NCBI RefSeq assembly: GCF_006345805.1
Contig: NC_043009.1
Location: 68,510,001 to 68,574,000 of the forward strand
DNA: 64,000 nt
Source of the DNA: Octopus sinensis
Lineage: Eukaryota
Reading direction: 5' to 3'
Shown one piece after another: positions 1 to 13,449 of the stretch (positions within the stretch are counted from its first letter, which is position 1; every line of letters begins with the position of its first letter). Made by a program: the position numbers and the translations under genes. The notes below the pieces were generated by a model. It did no database searches and was not told the origin of the DNA. It saw nothing but the letters and a program-made list of their open reading frames with translations.

Positions 1-1865
1 TAAGTGGACAACAGACAAAAGGTCCAGAGATAATTTCAAATGAATACAACTTTTCTATAAACTGCATTGTGTTACTTCTCATAAAAATTTATTTCTAGCA
101 ATTTATTCTTATCGCTTATTTCAAAAATTACCCCAGGGGAAATGGAAATCAAAGGCATTGTCTGCCAGCAAGATTTAAATGCAAAACATTGATGGTACAC
201 CATACTGTAAAGCATCTCATTGGGGTTTCTCAACTATGTCCCCTTTCTAAAATCTCTCTATATAAAAGGGCAAGTCATGTGTCTTTTTTCTTTTCCTTTT
301 GATTTAAAAAAAAACGTTCTGTCACACACTAAAAATGTGAAAGGAGAAAGAGAAAGTAGTGGCTATACTGAAAGATGTGAAAGAGAGAAAGAATATTCTC
401 ACAAAAGAGGAAACAAATAGAAAGACTTCTACAATAAAGGAAATTAGAAAGGTAACATGATAAAATAAGAGATACTGCAAGTGAGAGAGAGGAAGAGAGA
501 GTGAGAGATTTGTGCAAGAGTTTTTCAGCTTTCTTGCAAATGCTTATAGTTTTTGCTCACACACACACACACGCACACACACACACACACACACAAAATG
601 GACGTCTGCAGCCTCTGGGTATCTTGGTCAACTTGAGGCTGCAGTAGAAGACATTTGCTCAAGATGACATGCAGTAAAATCAAAACGAGAGGCAGCAGAG
701 CAAAGCGCTATCCAAACCAATTTCTTAACCACGCAGCCATGTTTGTATCCAGAACTCAGAGAAGAAAAGTACTGACCTGGAATAACCTGGAATACACTAA
801 AACAACCAGCCTTCTTCTGAATCGGCTGACTTAACAATAAATGGAATTAAAACAATAGCACAAGAACTACATCTTTGCTTAAGCATTACAACTGGAAACA
901 CTAACCAGGGTTCAAACTTTGTTCAACGACCACAGCTGCTACTGTCACTACTGTCAATAGTCAATGATTATCCATGTAATATATCACAAGTCATCATCAT
1001 TTAACATCCATTTTGCATGCTGGCATGGGTTGGATGGTTTGACAGGAGTTGGCAACCCAGAGAGCTGCAGTAAACTCCATCATCTGTTTTGACATGGTTC
1101 CTACAGCTGGATGCCCTTCTTAATGTTACCCACTTTAAAGAGTGTACCGGGTGCTTTTTTATGTGGCACCAGCAAGTAACTTGCAACACAAAGACCTCTC
1201 AGCTGGGAGAGGGAATGTTAGTGAGGCAGTGGCTTTCTGGCAGTTCATAGGTTAAAATACAGGCTTAGAGATAGATGTCTTGCTATAGAGGAGATACCTG
1301 GCTACCCTGGTAGGAAAAGGAGGGAGAAGAGAGAGTTAGAAAGAAAGATAGACAGACAGAATGAAAGAGTGAAATAAATGATGTTGGAGATGTACTGGAG
1401 CTGACCCATAGGATACAGCAGGGGCAATACATGAATCAACCTCTTCCACCAGGTTCTTAGTTGGTGGGGTCCAGCTAAAATACAATCTCCTCATGTCCCT
1501 TTAAGCTATATCCTTGTATATCTCAGCTAAGGACAATATATTTTGAGTGTCGATGCCATCCTTTGAATGTAATAATTGAAAACACTGAATCCAGTGACCA
1601 CACAAACATTACTACTATGACACACGGGGCAGCTCCCACTGACCAGGGATCACCACCACAAGATAAAGATCCCTCTTAAGTCATATAAACTCACAGGACC
1701 ATTTTCCCTGTTTCCATGGCACTGGATGGGACACTGATCCGTTGCAGGATCACACATTTTGGCCAGCTGAGTGGACTGAAGCAATGTGAAGAACACAACG
1801 CATCACCTGGTGCAGGAATTGAAACCACAATCTTATGATCATGAATCCAACACCCTAACCTATGC

Positions 1866-2185
1866 ACCTCCACCACTACAATTACCCCTATGACTGTTAC
1901 CACTACCACCACCACCATCACAATTACCAACATCGCACCAACAACTATTACCACAACCACTACTACCAAACAATGATAACTATCTCAACAACCACACTAC
2001 CACCGTCACTACAACAACCAACAAGTGCCACTGAATCAACCACAACCACCAACACAGCACAACGACCACTAATAAGACAACAACTTCCGCTATCACCACA
2101 ACAATCAGCACAACCAACACACCACATTAACCACCACCACCACCACCACCACCACCACCACCACAACAACATCCACCACAACTAA
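1866..2185. repeat. Degenerate (CAC/CAA)n repeat
   Basis: Directly visible. Confidence 0.9.
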
Positions 2186-2741
2186 CGATGATAATGGAGA
2201 CTGGAAACAAAGAGCTGAAAGCCCAAACCCAATCTCGAATCTCCATCTCCAAATCATTTGTCCAACCGGATTCTCAGTACGCAGTTTCTCGTACGTAATT
2301 TAATTTAATAACAGAATTAATAAATATACAGCATTTATCTATTTATCTTTGTGGAGAAAGAGGGGGGGGAGGCAGAGCTTTCGCTAATTTATTGGCAACT
2401 GTGTCTATATTTTTATACATCCACACACACACACACATTACATTCTTCATTTTATCTCCCATCTTTTGTTGTTGGTGCTTTTTTTTTTAGCCAGACATCA
2501 ATAAAATGTCATTATCAGCACTAATCTCTGTGCTGGGGAAATTGTGTGTACATCGTTGGCAAACTGATGGAGGAGAAGACATATTCTGGTGCTGTTCTCT
2601 TTTGTTTTAGGTTTAAAAATTGGTATAATTTTGCAGCAATAATAAACAACAACAACATTACTGAGATACCTGCAGAATGGTGGGGGGGGGGAACAAAGCT
2701 ATTCTACAGGGTGTGCACAAAAGTTTAATACATTCTCCACA

Positions 2742-3302
2742 GTGTGTGTGTGAGAGAGTGTGTGTGAGTCAGTATGAGTGTGTGTGGGTGCGTGTGTGTG
2801 GGGGGGTGTGAGTGTGTGTGTGTGAGTGTGTGTGTGTGTGAGTGTGTGAGTGTGAGTGAGTGTGAATGTGAGTGAGTGAGTGTGAGTGAGTGTGTGTGAG
2901 TGAGTGTGAGTGTGTGTGAGTGAGTGTGAGTGAGTGTGTGTGAGTGTGTGTGAGTGTGTGAGAGTGAGTGTGTGTGTGAGTGAGTGTGAGTATGTGAGTG
3001 TGTGTGAGTGTGAGTGTGTGTGAGTGAGTGAGTGTGTATGAGTGTGTGTGTGTGAGTGAGTGTGAGTGTGTGAGTGAGTGTGAGTGAGTGAGTGTGTGTG
3101 AGTGAGTGTGTGAGTGAGTGTGTGAGTGTGTGAGTGAGTGTGAGTGTGTGTGTGTGTGTGAGTGAGTGAGTGAGTGAGTGTGTGTGAGTGAGTGTGAGTG
3201 TGTGTGTGTGAGTGTGTGTGAGTGAGTGAGTGTGTGTGAGTGAGTGTGAGTGTGTGTGAGTGAGTGTGTGTGTGTGTGTGTGTCTCTCTCTCTCTCTCTC
3301 TC
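2742..3302. repeat. Compound (GT)/(GTGA) microsatellite ending in (CT)n
   Basis: Directly visible; source of the spurious HT-rich ORF. Confidence 0.97.
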
Positions 3303-3799
3303 AGAATTGCTCTCCCCATCTTTGCAACAACCTCTTCACCTTCCAATATTCAATATGGCTCTAGCTTCAGCTGCCAAAGAAGTCCCTCCATCTGTCTGAC
3401 CGAGCAGGTAGAAAAGGACGCCTCATACTTACTCTTTTAACTTCATTTTCGTCTCAAAATCTTGAAAGCCTATGAGGAAACACAGCATGCAACGACACAC
3501 ACACACACATTTCATAAGAGAACACACACACACACACACACACATTTCATAAGAGAACACACACACACACACACATAAATAGTTTTACAAATATCTCATC
3601 TTTTACTTTGTTTCAGTAATTAGACTGTGGCCATGCTGGGGCACCAATTTGAAGAACTTTTTTTAATTGCATTAACTGATGCCCGGTAATTTCATCAGTC
3701 TCTTTCACCAAATTGCTAAGTGATAGGGACTTAACCAAACCAACACCAGTTGCCAAGCAGTGATAGGGCACAGACACATACAGACACACATATATGTGT

Positions 3800-3845
<46 letters not shown>

Positions 3846-3947
3846 TCGGGGTGAGTACTTGATAATTATAAGCACCTGTGTATACCGTTTGGTGGTGTAG
3901 GTGGTGGAGTAAAATGATCAAAATAAAAACATGATGCCAAGGATTCA

Positions 3948-4025
3948 GCGGTACATATGTTTCGGGCCTTTATTAGACAGATTTATAACAATGCATAATG
4001 TATGTCTGTGGCCTTCTTCAGCCGC
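3948..4025 (-). ncRNA. Type I hammerhead ribozyme motif (mirror copy, sense to BLTP1 pre-mRNA)
   Basis: Exact reverse complement of 4256-4333. Confidence 0.75.
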
Positions 4026-4255
4026 GCACAACAGCTTCCACAAGGACATGTGTTACATCAAAAATTCTTGGTTGGGGATGCAAATCCTCTCATTCGCGTG
4101 CGACATAATGCGGCAACAGCATAGAATTGAAGCGTCCATCTCTTTCTTCTCTCTTGAGAGAAGAAAGAGATGGACGCATCAATTCTATGCTGTTGCCACA
4201 TTATGTCATACGCGAATTTTTGATGTAACACATGTCCTTGTGGAAGCTGTTGTGC

Positions 4256-4333
4256 GCGGCTGAAGAAGGCCACAGACATACATTATGCATTGTTATAAAT
4301 CTGTCTAATAAAGGCCCGAAACATATGTACCGC
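4256..4333 (+). ncRNA. Type I hammerhead ribozyme motif
   Basis: GCGG-CTGAAGA-aGGCC..GGCCc-GAAA-C-ATAT-G-TA-CCGC: stem I GCGG/CCGC, CUGANGA and GAAA cores, palindromic stem III, GUA cleavage triplet. Confidence 0.75.
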
Positions 4334-4697
4334 TGAATCCTTGGCATCATGTTTTTATTTTGATATATATATATATATAGATGCACAACGTGCTTCTTTC
4401 AGTTTCTGTCGACCAAATCCTTTCATAAGGCTTTTGTCAGCCCAAGATCCTAGTGGAAGACACTTGCCCAAGGTGCCACACAGTGGTACTGAACTCGGGA
4501 CCATTTGGTTGGGAAACAAGCTTCTTGCCACGCAACCACACTCCTTACACATCCACAGCATCTCTCCCTCTCCCTTTCTCTCATATGCATGCTTATAACC
4601 CTCACACACACATGCACAATGAGAGAAACCCCAGAAAGGTGGAAAAGAACAAAAATATTTGAAAATAAAAAAAGAAGAGAAAGAAAGCCGAACTTAC

Positions 4698-4956
4698 GTT
4701 GTATTGCCCATGACATTACTCATGTTGACGTTGACGTCGAGGGTGGACAAGTTGACGGCAAACAGCACCAGCGTCTCCCATGCTGTGGACACACCAGCAG
4801 TCTGGTGGCCCGAGTTGTTACGGTGCCGGCCCAATTCTGGGGAGAAGTACTGACCGATTCCAGATTTGTTTTTGGAGGATGTTGCCTTTGGTGGTGGTGC
4901 ACTCACTGTGTCGAGGTTGGGTGCATCTGGGGATGGCGGCACTGATGCACTGATAC
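4698..4956 (-). CDS. BLTP1: BLTP1 exon (GISASVPPSP...TAWETLVLFAVNLSTLDVNVNMSNVMGNTT), phase 1-2
   Basis: CCTCCTACAG| and AC|GTAAGT; matches PWETLVVFAINLKQLNVQMNMSNVMGNTT. Confidence 0.96.
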
Positions 4957-5092
4957 CTGTAGGAGGAGGTGGGGTGTATGTGAAAGGGTGAGAGGAATGA
5001 GAGAGAAACATGAGATTGAACAGAGTTAACGGGGACGAAATGAAGTGACATTCAATTTTAGATAAGGGGGCAACTGTAGGAAAGAAGGGTGA

Positions 5093-5123
<31 letters not shown>

Positions 5124-5400
5124 AGGGGGGAGAAAGGTAATGAGGAAGGAGATGGACAGATAGACGGGGGGGGGGTCTAAAAGAAGAAAAAGGAAGACAG
5201 AAAGACTAGCGAGAAGAAAAAGAGCAACAAATGAGAGAAGTAAGCAGGAATGAAAGAGTAAAATAGAAAGAGCGGATGGAAACACGAGAGCTGAGAGACA
5301 GACAGACAGACAGAAGTGAGAGGATTAAGAAGAAGAATAGGAAAATAGAGAAGAAAGAGACTGAATGAGTCTTGTGAGTGGATCTAAAAAAAGAAGTCCA

Positions 5401-5432
<32 letters not shown>

Positions 5433-8400
5433 TGTGTGTGTGTGATTGTTTTGCTGTTTATTTGAAGCATTTTTTTTTTCTTCTGTGAGTTAAAACAATT
5501 TTTGAAAACTCCCATTCATGGCCAAATAAGTAAAAACCCAAGACCCACACACTTCTTTGTCTCTTCACATATTTTTTCTTTCTCTAAAAAGGACTTGACA
5601 AAAGCAATGTCTAATGGTTGCTTATTCTGGCATTCACAATTAACCAAATATCAGACATTATAAACTTTGCATCACTATTGCAAAGTTTTTCCTATTCCAA
5701 AATTCTACATTTCGTATCAACTTGATTTTCACTTCATTTCTTAGAATTTGTTTTGTTTCTTTTTTTCTTTTTTTGCATGTATATGGGGGGAGGGGGAGAA
5801 GCAAGAATCATAGAAGGAAGAGAAATTGAAAGAAGAGTTATGAAATCATATAATTAGAGGAATGAAACAGTGAGAGGTGGGGAAGAGAGAGAGAGAGAGA
5901 TGAATTGAGAGAGAGAGATGAATTGAGAGAGAGAGATGAATTGAGAGAGAGAGATGAACTAAGAGAGAAAGAAATGAACTGAAAGAGAGAGAGAGAAATT
6001 GATACACAGAAGGAGTACATAGTATATATATAACTAAAATTCAAGTGTTTAGTAATTTTTAAAAAAAAAACAAAGTTTTAAGAGAATATTTTAATATTCA
6101 TAAAATCATGTAAAACACTGCATTTTATTACATTTTGTGTCTCCTCAAATGGATAATCAGCAATTATGAAAATAACCTCACTTAACTGTCTGAAACGAAA
6201 ACAAAAATTTAAATTTCAAATCGTTGATTGAAGTGTCTACAATGCTGTCCATTTTATGGGCTGCTGCTGCTGCCTTGGAATCTTGTTCATGTTTCATATT
6301 GATCCGAGTCTTGATCTGTAATGGTCTGTTTGTTACTTTGTGAAGATTTTCTTTTATTGCCTGCTGACCACAGTTCCAGTTGAGACCATCCTAGCTTCTT
6401 TTTCAGAATTACATTGATATCAAGCATCACTTTCTTTGCTATCCTCAAACTTATAAGGGAAATATTAAAGAAAACCCCCCAAAGACACACAAAATATTGA
6501 CTGAAGCTATTTCTCAGGTCACTAAACCTGCAATGAACGCAACAAGACATTTAGAGTTTGTAATTAAGTGGAACACTGCAAGGAGACATCCTCTCACTAA
6601 TTTCGTAAACTTTCCCCACTTCTCCACGAAGCAAGCTATGCCTAATACTGCAGAGGGTGTTAAATTAAACATTTTCCACCACTTTTTATACACAGCTATA
6701 CCACAAATCCAAATATCTGTTAGCACATAGTTTCCCATCTAAGAAAGGGCAAAAAAGAAACACAGGTTCAAAATAAGGCCCACTAAACTGCTATCACTTG
6801 TTTTATTTATCTAATGTGCAGAAGGGATAAAACTACCTTCTGCACATTATCAGTCTCCCAAATTGCACTCATCTGCCTTTGATCAAATGTCTTCTACCCA
6901 AGGTTATAGTAAAAGACACTTGCTCAAGGTGCCAAGCAATGGAATTAAATCTAAAGCCGTATGTTTATGAAGAGGACTTTTGAGTTATTCTGCTGTCGCT
7001 GTGTTATTTCAAATCTTAATCGAATTCATAATCGTTATCAACCTTCTATTGCTTTTTGTTTTTCAACACTGAATTAATATTAGCAACACTAAATTTATTA
7101 TTTTTTTTATATAAAACAACCCCTCTCTGAGCATTTTTTGCCTTCTTTACAGTGAACATATTAGATACCAACTTTCTTTTTTTAGAAAACAATCCCTCTC
7201 TTAATGGCTTTTTTTCTTCTTTTTTATAGTGACCATTTTAGATATATCAGCAACGTGGGAAAGAGAAAGGACAGAACCAAATAACAAAAACAATGAAATA
7301 CCACCAAAGAGATTAATGTCAAGCCAACAGACTCTGTATTTGTTGAGGTGTCTTTGTTTTATTGTATAATTTTTGTTTTCCCCCTAAATGAAAAATCTAA
7401 CTGCACTGCCATTGCAACAGATAAACTTTGCAGCTAATCAGCACTGATTAATAATTCACTAGATTAAACAGTTAATCTTCATTTAACACCAGTTTTTTCT
7501 CTAAAGATTTTTTTGTTAGAAAAGTCATTAGGATAGAAAAACGTGAAATAATGAAAATCAATTTTAATGAAATAAAGAATAAAAAGACTACGATTATTAA
7601 AAATATACTTCAAAGAAGTGTGTGTGTGAGCTAATGAGCGCACATATAAAGTTACCCTAATATATGTGGGACATACATTCGTTTTGGTTTAGTTTGTCCC
7701 CAGTTTGGTATGACAACCTCATCTAACAACTAAAAGTCAGACTCCTCAGACTTTAAACCATTTTACCTAATCCATAGAACTATCAATATTTCCTATGCCA
7801 AATTTCCAAACCATTTTTAAAGTGGGGAGCTCCTATTTTGCACCCTAGAACCTAACACAGTGTACATCATTACCCACCCAGTCACTCAACATCACAAAGA
7901 CACAATAACCCCAGGGTGAGACACCACTAGAAACGCTGCAGAAGAGCTTCATTAGATTATGACACACTGGTTTCAAACCCTTTTCACTACCAAGGATCTT
8001 TTTCTCTTCAATTTTCCAAGGGACACCAAGGTTTCAAAAGGTTTGTCTACTCAACAAACTCATAGACAGCCCTCCCCCCATCCCCACGCTACTGTTTCCT
8101 TTGCAGGGAAGTGCTGAGACGAATCTGCCCAAACAGCAAAGCAAGTGTCCGACACCAGTAACAACATCTCTTAGAATAGGAACAGAGTGACGGGCAGTGG
8201 AGGAGACAGAAAACTTGATTGCATTAGCAGCTGCAGAGTATCTCGACTGGGGCCTTGCATGTCTAAGTTCACCCTTGGAGAAAAACATATTCTAAGATCA
8301 AATCAATTCACCATTGCACTTCACATCTTACAAAATAAAAACTGATGATTTCCCCAAAATTAATGAAAAAAAAAATGGTTTAAATATCTTCAAGTTCAAA

Positions 8401-11400
8401 GAGTGCTTTCTCAGGCAATGCTATTAACTGAATGATGTGTAGACTCCCAGAACCGAAATTCCTTTGTTTGTGCTTCTCATGTACAAAAGCAAACATACTT
8501 CTGGCTGCTGTGGTAAACAGCCTCAGACACTTGTGTATTCATTATATTGAGAAACAAAGAAAACCATTGACATTTCAGTCAATTATTTTACAGCATCAAA
8601 GAAATTGATTTTTTTAGCCCCTGGTCATCCTTGACTGAGCAATGGTAATCTAACCATTTCTTTCTGTTTAGTTCAAAGAGTATTTAGGATAGCAGTCTCA
8701 AAGCATCCTTCTCATTTTAGTTAATAGGTCTTGATTTAAAGGTAATTTGGCTGCTAGTCCTAGCAAATCAAGAAACTATGTTGAGGCTCCCTCATTAGCG
8801 TATGACTAGAACCAGTCACTGTCTTTTAGCCTTATGCCAGACATAACACACCTGTCATCAGAGCCATCTCAGTCATAACCATTCTAACAACAGATAGGAT
8901 CTAAGATGACATTTTCTAACAGATCCTTTTTTTTTAGGGTGATAGAGTAAGATTTCAGGGATATTTGTCAGTTATTTCTAGCAGCTTGAGTGACCACATA
9001 CAATCTGCCCCATTGGTAACCCCATGAGTAGCATTTCACACTATCCACAGCCTCCTGTCTAATTAGTGTCGTTAACAGCTTTTAATAACTAACACTGGTT
9101 ACTACTTCACCAACTTGTGTGCAAAAAGAATAAGAGTGTGTCTGACGTTTCTCAAAGACATCAATATGGCTACAACTGGGAAATCAAAGAAGATTCAGAA
9201 TTAGACAAACTAAGAATTTAGTTTATGCAGTTTTAAAACCTCAAAATTCCCTATGCTTTAAAGTTGGCAATACTTAAAGACATGTTAGATGTCATCAAAG
9301 AAGAATAAAGACATCGGAGGTGAAGTTGATAGGAAGGCAACTGATCTAGATACTGCGAAGTACCTAGGTCAGTGCTTGCCTCATATTTCTGAGTTCCTCC
9401 TTAGGGAGGGGCTAAAAATCACTAATAATGTTTCATCAATCCATCTTTTTCTTTGTCCATCCATTAATCATTCTATTTAGCAGGGATGGGCATTTTGAGG
9501 GAAGGGAAAAGCTACTTCAGGTTTGAATAAAAACATTAGAATTTTTATTCAATATGATACCCAACGGCCAATGAGCCATAAACGCTGGAAGAGAATTCAA
9601 TTAACATAGCAATATTAATAACAATGACAGCATTAACAACAACAATAACGGTTACAAATTTAATCACATTTCTAAACAGTCTGGGAAAGTAAAATAAAGA
9701 TACGAACTCATCTTTTCCTCTCTCAATGAAGTTTAGAACTTCTAATCCTTAAAACATATTAGCAACTATGAATATATAAGCACCAATTACAAAAGAAAGA
9801 AATCTTTAAAACATGAGAATTGGTAAAAACAGATTATATTCTAAAATCAATGGAATATACCAACATTTGTTTATTCATCGATTCTTTTAGTCCTGTCTTA
9901 CTGTGAATTTAGTGTATATTCCTTAAAAGAAGACATCATTTCAGACCTACACAGACAAACCGTATTCAGCCAGTCCTGTTAGTTGCTTTATGCCTAAATC
10001 TTTTTGCCATTGATTAATTACTATTTCATTCCTTTGACAACATTCCGTTGTATTATGTTGTCATTTAGTTCCAAGATAAACCTATGAACAGAAGCCCTTT
10101 GTAGCCATCCTTTCTGTTTAGGGATACGTACCTAATGTAACTTCATCTTTTTTTAAAATAGTAGAATGTTATTTGGGGAAGATTAAACAGCTCTTTCTTG
10201 CAGAGGGAGTAACCATACAAGGATTCTTTCTTTCATTGCTGGAAAGGGCTTAGAAAATTTAATATTTAATTTGGTCTTTCATTTCTTTTTTTTCTACAAT
10301 AACAAAGTGAAATGTTTAAGGTGATCCTGACATGAATCTTAACCACCTTTATGCCATCTCCTGCAAGCAAGCTTACACCAATGGTAATGTATGAATTCCT
10401 TTCAGAGTCTAGCTGCGCTAAGAGTTCCTAAAACACTGGGTAATGGTGAGAGTTATTAAGTAAGGTGAGATCTCCAGATGACAAATCAGCGTAAATGCCA
10501 AATAACAGCCCCAGCAGGAGACATTTAGCCATAGGCACACCATCCTAATCTTTTGAAACAAATAGTTGCAAAAAAACAATAATTATTTAGATAAATATTA
10601 TTTTTGAATATTCACAATGTTATCTCCATTGTTGTCCTTGCTTAGCACAGATGGAATGAAATGACATTTAGACATTTGCTTTAATTTTTTTGTTTTTGTT
10701 TTTGACAGTTTTACAAATTAAGCTTTTTTTTAATGAAACACTGTGTATTTTGACTGTGAAATGACAGACATCAGAAACTCCTAAACAAAGAAATGAGTTC
10801 TAATTAGTTTTACTCGGTAGACTGAAGCAAACAAAATAAGGATACAAAGTAAATGGCTGGAACAAAATTCAAACTTGTGGATAGCAGTGTATCCAGTTTC
10901 AATCCGACCCCTTTAATCTTCTTCTCTTTCCCATAAAATATGTACCCTGACCGCCTCCCTAAAGTTTTCCTTCAATCCCACTAAATTCAAATCTGGATAA
11001 TCTTCCTTGCCATCAGTCAACCTAACCATGGGCATCAATCCATTTCTGCCAAAGTCTCTTTACTTCAGTGCTGTAGAACTCCACTTACCATCACCCCACC
11101 ATCGCTAAAATATGTTTGCTCTCCTCGGTGGGGAAAATATCTTTTAGAGGTTCGTTCATACATCAATGGTTTCTGGTGGTTTTATAAAAGAAAACCACTG
11201 ATTCAGAAACCAGAATTACTCAGCAAAAATACGTATTTATTAAAAGCTATGTGATGGAAAAACATTGATAGGAAAATAAACAAGACAGTCAGTGCAAGGT
11301 AAATGTTGTAAGGAAAAAAAAAAAAGAATTAAAAGAAAATTGCATAGATATAAAATTAAAAAAAAAAAATAAAAGAACTTAAAGAGAACAAATAAAGCCA

Positions 11401-11402
11401 AC

Positions 11403-11732
11403 CTTTGCCTGAAAATTTTGCAATTTCAGCTTTTAGTTCTTGACTGACTTGAATTTTCCATTTATCCCCAGACGATGCCCTTCTATGGTGCTTCTTGAAA
11501 TGGTAGTTTTTAGAGCCAGAAGTCATTGGTCCAGCTAGGCGGCATTTTGAGGACGCAGTCGATAGCTGACCAGAGAGATGACCATTGCTATCATGGCAGG
11601 AGTAGTCTTGATCAATCAATGGTCCTGTACCGTTATATATATGCAAGGCGGGGGAAGTGAGTGATTTCATAACAGAAACAAACTGTGGTGATTCACTGGT
11701 CACAGAACTACTGCAGGAGGAGCTAAACACAT
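11403..11732 (-). CDS. BLTP1: BLTP1 exon (DVFSSSCSSSVTSESPQ...KKHHRRASSGDKWKIQVSQELKAEIAKFSGK), phase 1-1
   Basis: 330 nt symmetric open frame, CTGATCGCAG| and AAG|GTTGGC; Ser-rich linker where the human protein is also poorly conserved; possibly alternative. Confidence 0.8.
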
Positions 11733-12909
11733 CTGCGATCAGGCAACAATATATAGATATGTAGAAATGTAGAAAAAAAAAAAAAAAAAAGATAAAAAAA
11801 AGGGGAGCAAACAATGATAACATAAAGCAAAACAAAGGGTATCATATAATAAAAAAAAAACATGCACTGCTTCACATCAATACAAGTTAAAACATGCTTC
11901 CACTGGGAATAATTCTAATAAAGGGGACAAAGAAAACCTAAAACACACGAGTAAGTGCAACTGTGAAGGGTATAGCTAAAAGACAGCTTATTTAAGCATG
12001 GAAGCATTGAAACATTCAGCCAGAATTGTGCCTGCAAACTATTTCTAAGAGTAATCTCAAAAACAGATTAGCTGCATGAAATGTATCAATGTTTTATCAA
12101 ATTCTGGATGTACAGATCTGTGGATAGCCAATCCTTCCTCATTATACATGGCCCCGTGGATAATTTCAGATAGGAAATTTGAAGGCTTGTTTTTCTTAAT
12201 TCTTTTTCAATGTAATTTCTAAAAGATATTATTTTCTGCACTTTGTATTTTCAACTTTATTGAAAATGGTGCATGATAATAATATTTGCTTCTAACATAA
12301 GTTCAAGGTGAGAAATTTGGGCTGGGAGGGGAGTAGTTAATTATAATGACCCCCACCCCCAACTTGACAGGTACTTTATTATCGACCCTGGAAAAAGGAT
12401 AACAAACTAAATTGACTTCACTTTTGTATTTGGCTTGCAAGATTCTTGATGCAAATTCACGAACTGAAACAAATCTTGCTGTGTGTTGGGAAAGTCAGTA
12501 CACCAACAATGATAACACATGTGTTGATTCAATATTACATCGTTATTGTTAGTTAATTAGTTAACATCTAGCCAACTAATTAATCAATCATTTGTTTAAT
12601 GAGCTAGTTAAACACACAATCAGTTGTTTGTTAGTCAAAGTCCTTTCATTGCTATCAAGGTCTGATCAATTAATTAGTCAGTTAGGTAATTGACCAACTG
12701 ACAAACAAAGTGGTACTGAACCAGAGTGTGTGTATGTAATTATTATGGTGTAATGACCTTCCCAAGACACAACGAGACTAAGTTGGTCACAAAATTTTAA
12801 CTCGGGTTGTAAAGACCTTAACTAAATGTTAAAAAGTATTTAGTGTGGTGTCCTAACAAATCTGCCAATCCATTGAATAATAATAATGATGATGATGATG
12901 ATGATAATA

Positions 12910-13449
12910 CGAGGGTGAGTCAAAAAGTAATGCCATTTTGTTTAGGACAGGTATAATTACCAACACAGGAACATGTATCATACATCAAAATGAAGCTGGT
13001 CCTCTGTGGATCACATCCCTATTTCTCAGCATAGTTACCGTTTCTCTCAATAGCAATGTTCCACCTTTGAATGAGAGCATGTATCCCTGCCTTATAAAAT
13101 TCTGTTGACTTGTAAAATTCTAGTCACTGGAATAATTTAACACCTTCAGCCTATCATCTCTTTGGCTCCATGAAAAAGGGTTTGAGACTCAAACATTATT
13201 TCAGTGACGAGGAAGTGAAAACTGTAGTGAAGAAGTGGCTCAAAGAACAGTCAACAGAATTTTACAAGGCAGGGATAGATGCTCTCATTTGAAGGTGGAA
13301 CATTGCTATTGAGAGAAACAGTGACTATGTTGAGAAGTAGGGATGTGATCCACAAAGGACCAACTTGATTTTGATGTATGATACATGTTACTGTGTTGGT
13401 AGTTATACCTGTCCTAAACAAAATGGTATTACTTTTTGACTCATCCTCG
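12910..13449. mobile_element. Mariner-derived foldback MITE
   Basis: TA target duplication at 12908-12909 and 13450-13451; about 200-bp inverted arms; plus strand encodes a decayed transposase C-terminus LTPSAYHLFGSMKKGLRLKHYFSDEEVKTVVKKWLKEQSTEFYKAGIDALI*RWNIAIERNSDYVEK*. Confidence 0.92.

Larger units (their letters stand above)
3917..4364. repeat. Long near-perfect palindrome (foldback), probably an inverted Penelope-like pLTR remnant inserted in (TA)n
   Basis: 3917-4067 is the exact reverse complement of 4214-4364. Inner arms pair around a TT centre at 4154-4155. The left arm has an extra 28-nt segment. (TA)n flanks lie at about 3804-3840 and 4362-4379. Confidence 0.95.

Noticed and set aside
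770-800. TATTCCAG|GTTATTCCAG|GTCAGT micro-exon-like duplication
   Set aside because: The 10 or 20 nt lengths do not match the expected next BLTP1 exon, and there is no other support.
2699-3346. 215-aa His/Thr-rich ORF
   Set aside because: It is a translation of a GT/GTGA microsatellite.
3931-4386. Same peptide (MMPRIQRYICFG...) encoded on both strands
   Set aside because: This follows from the palindrome; there is no sign of protein-coding function.
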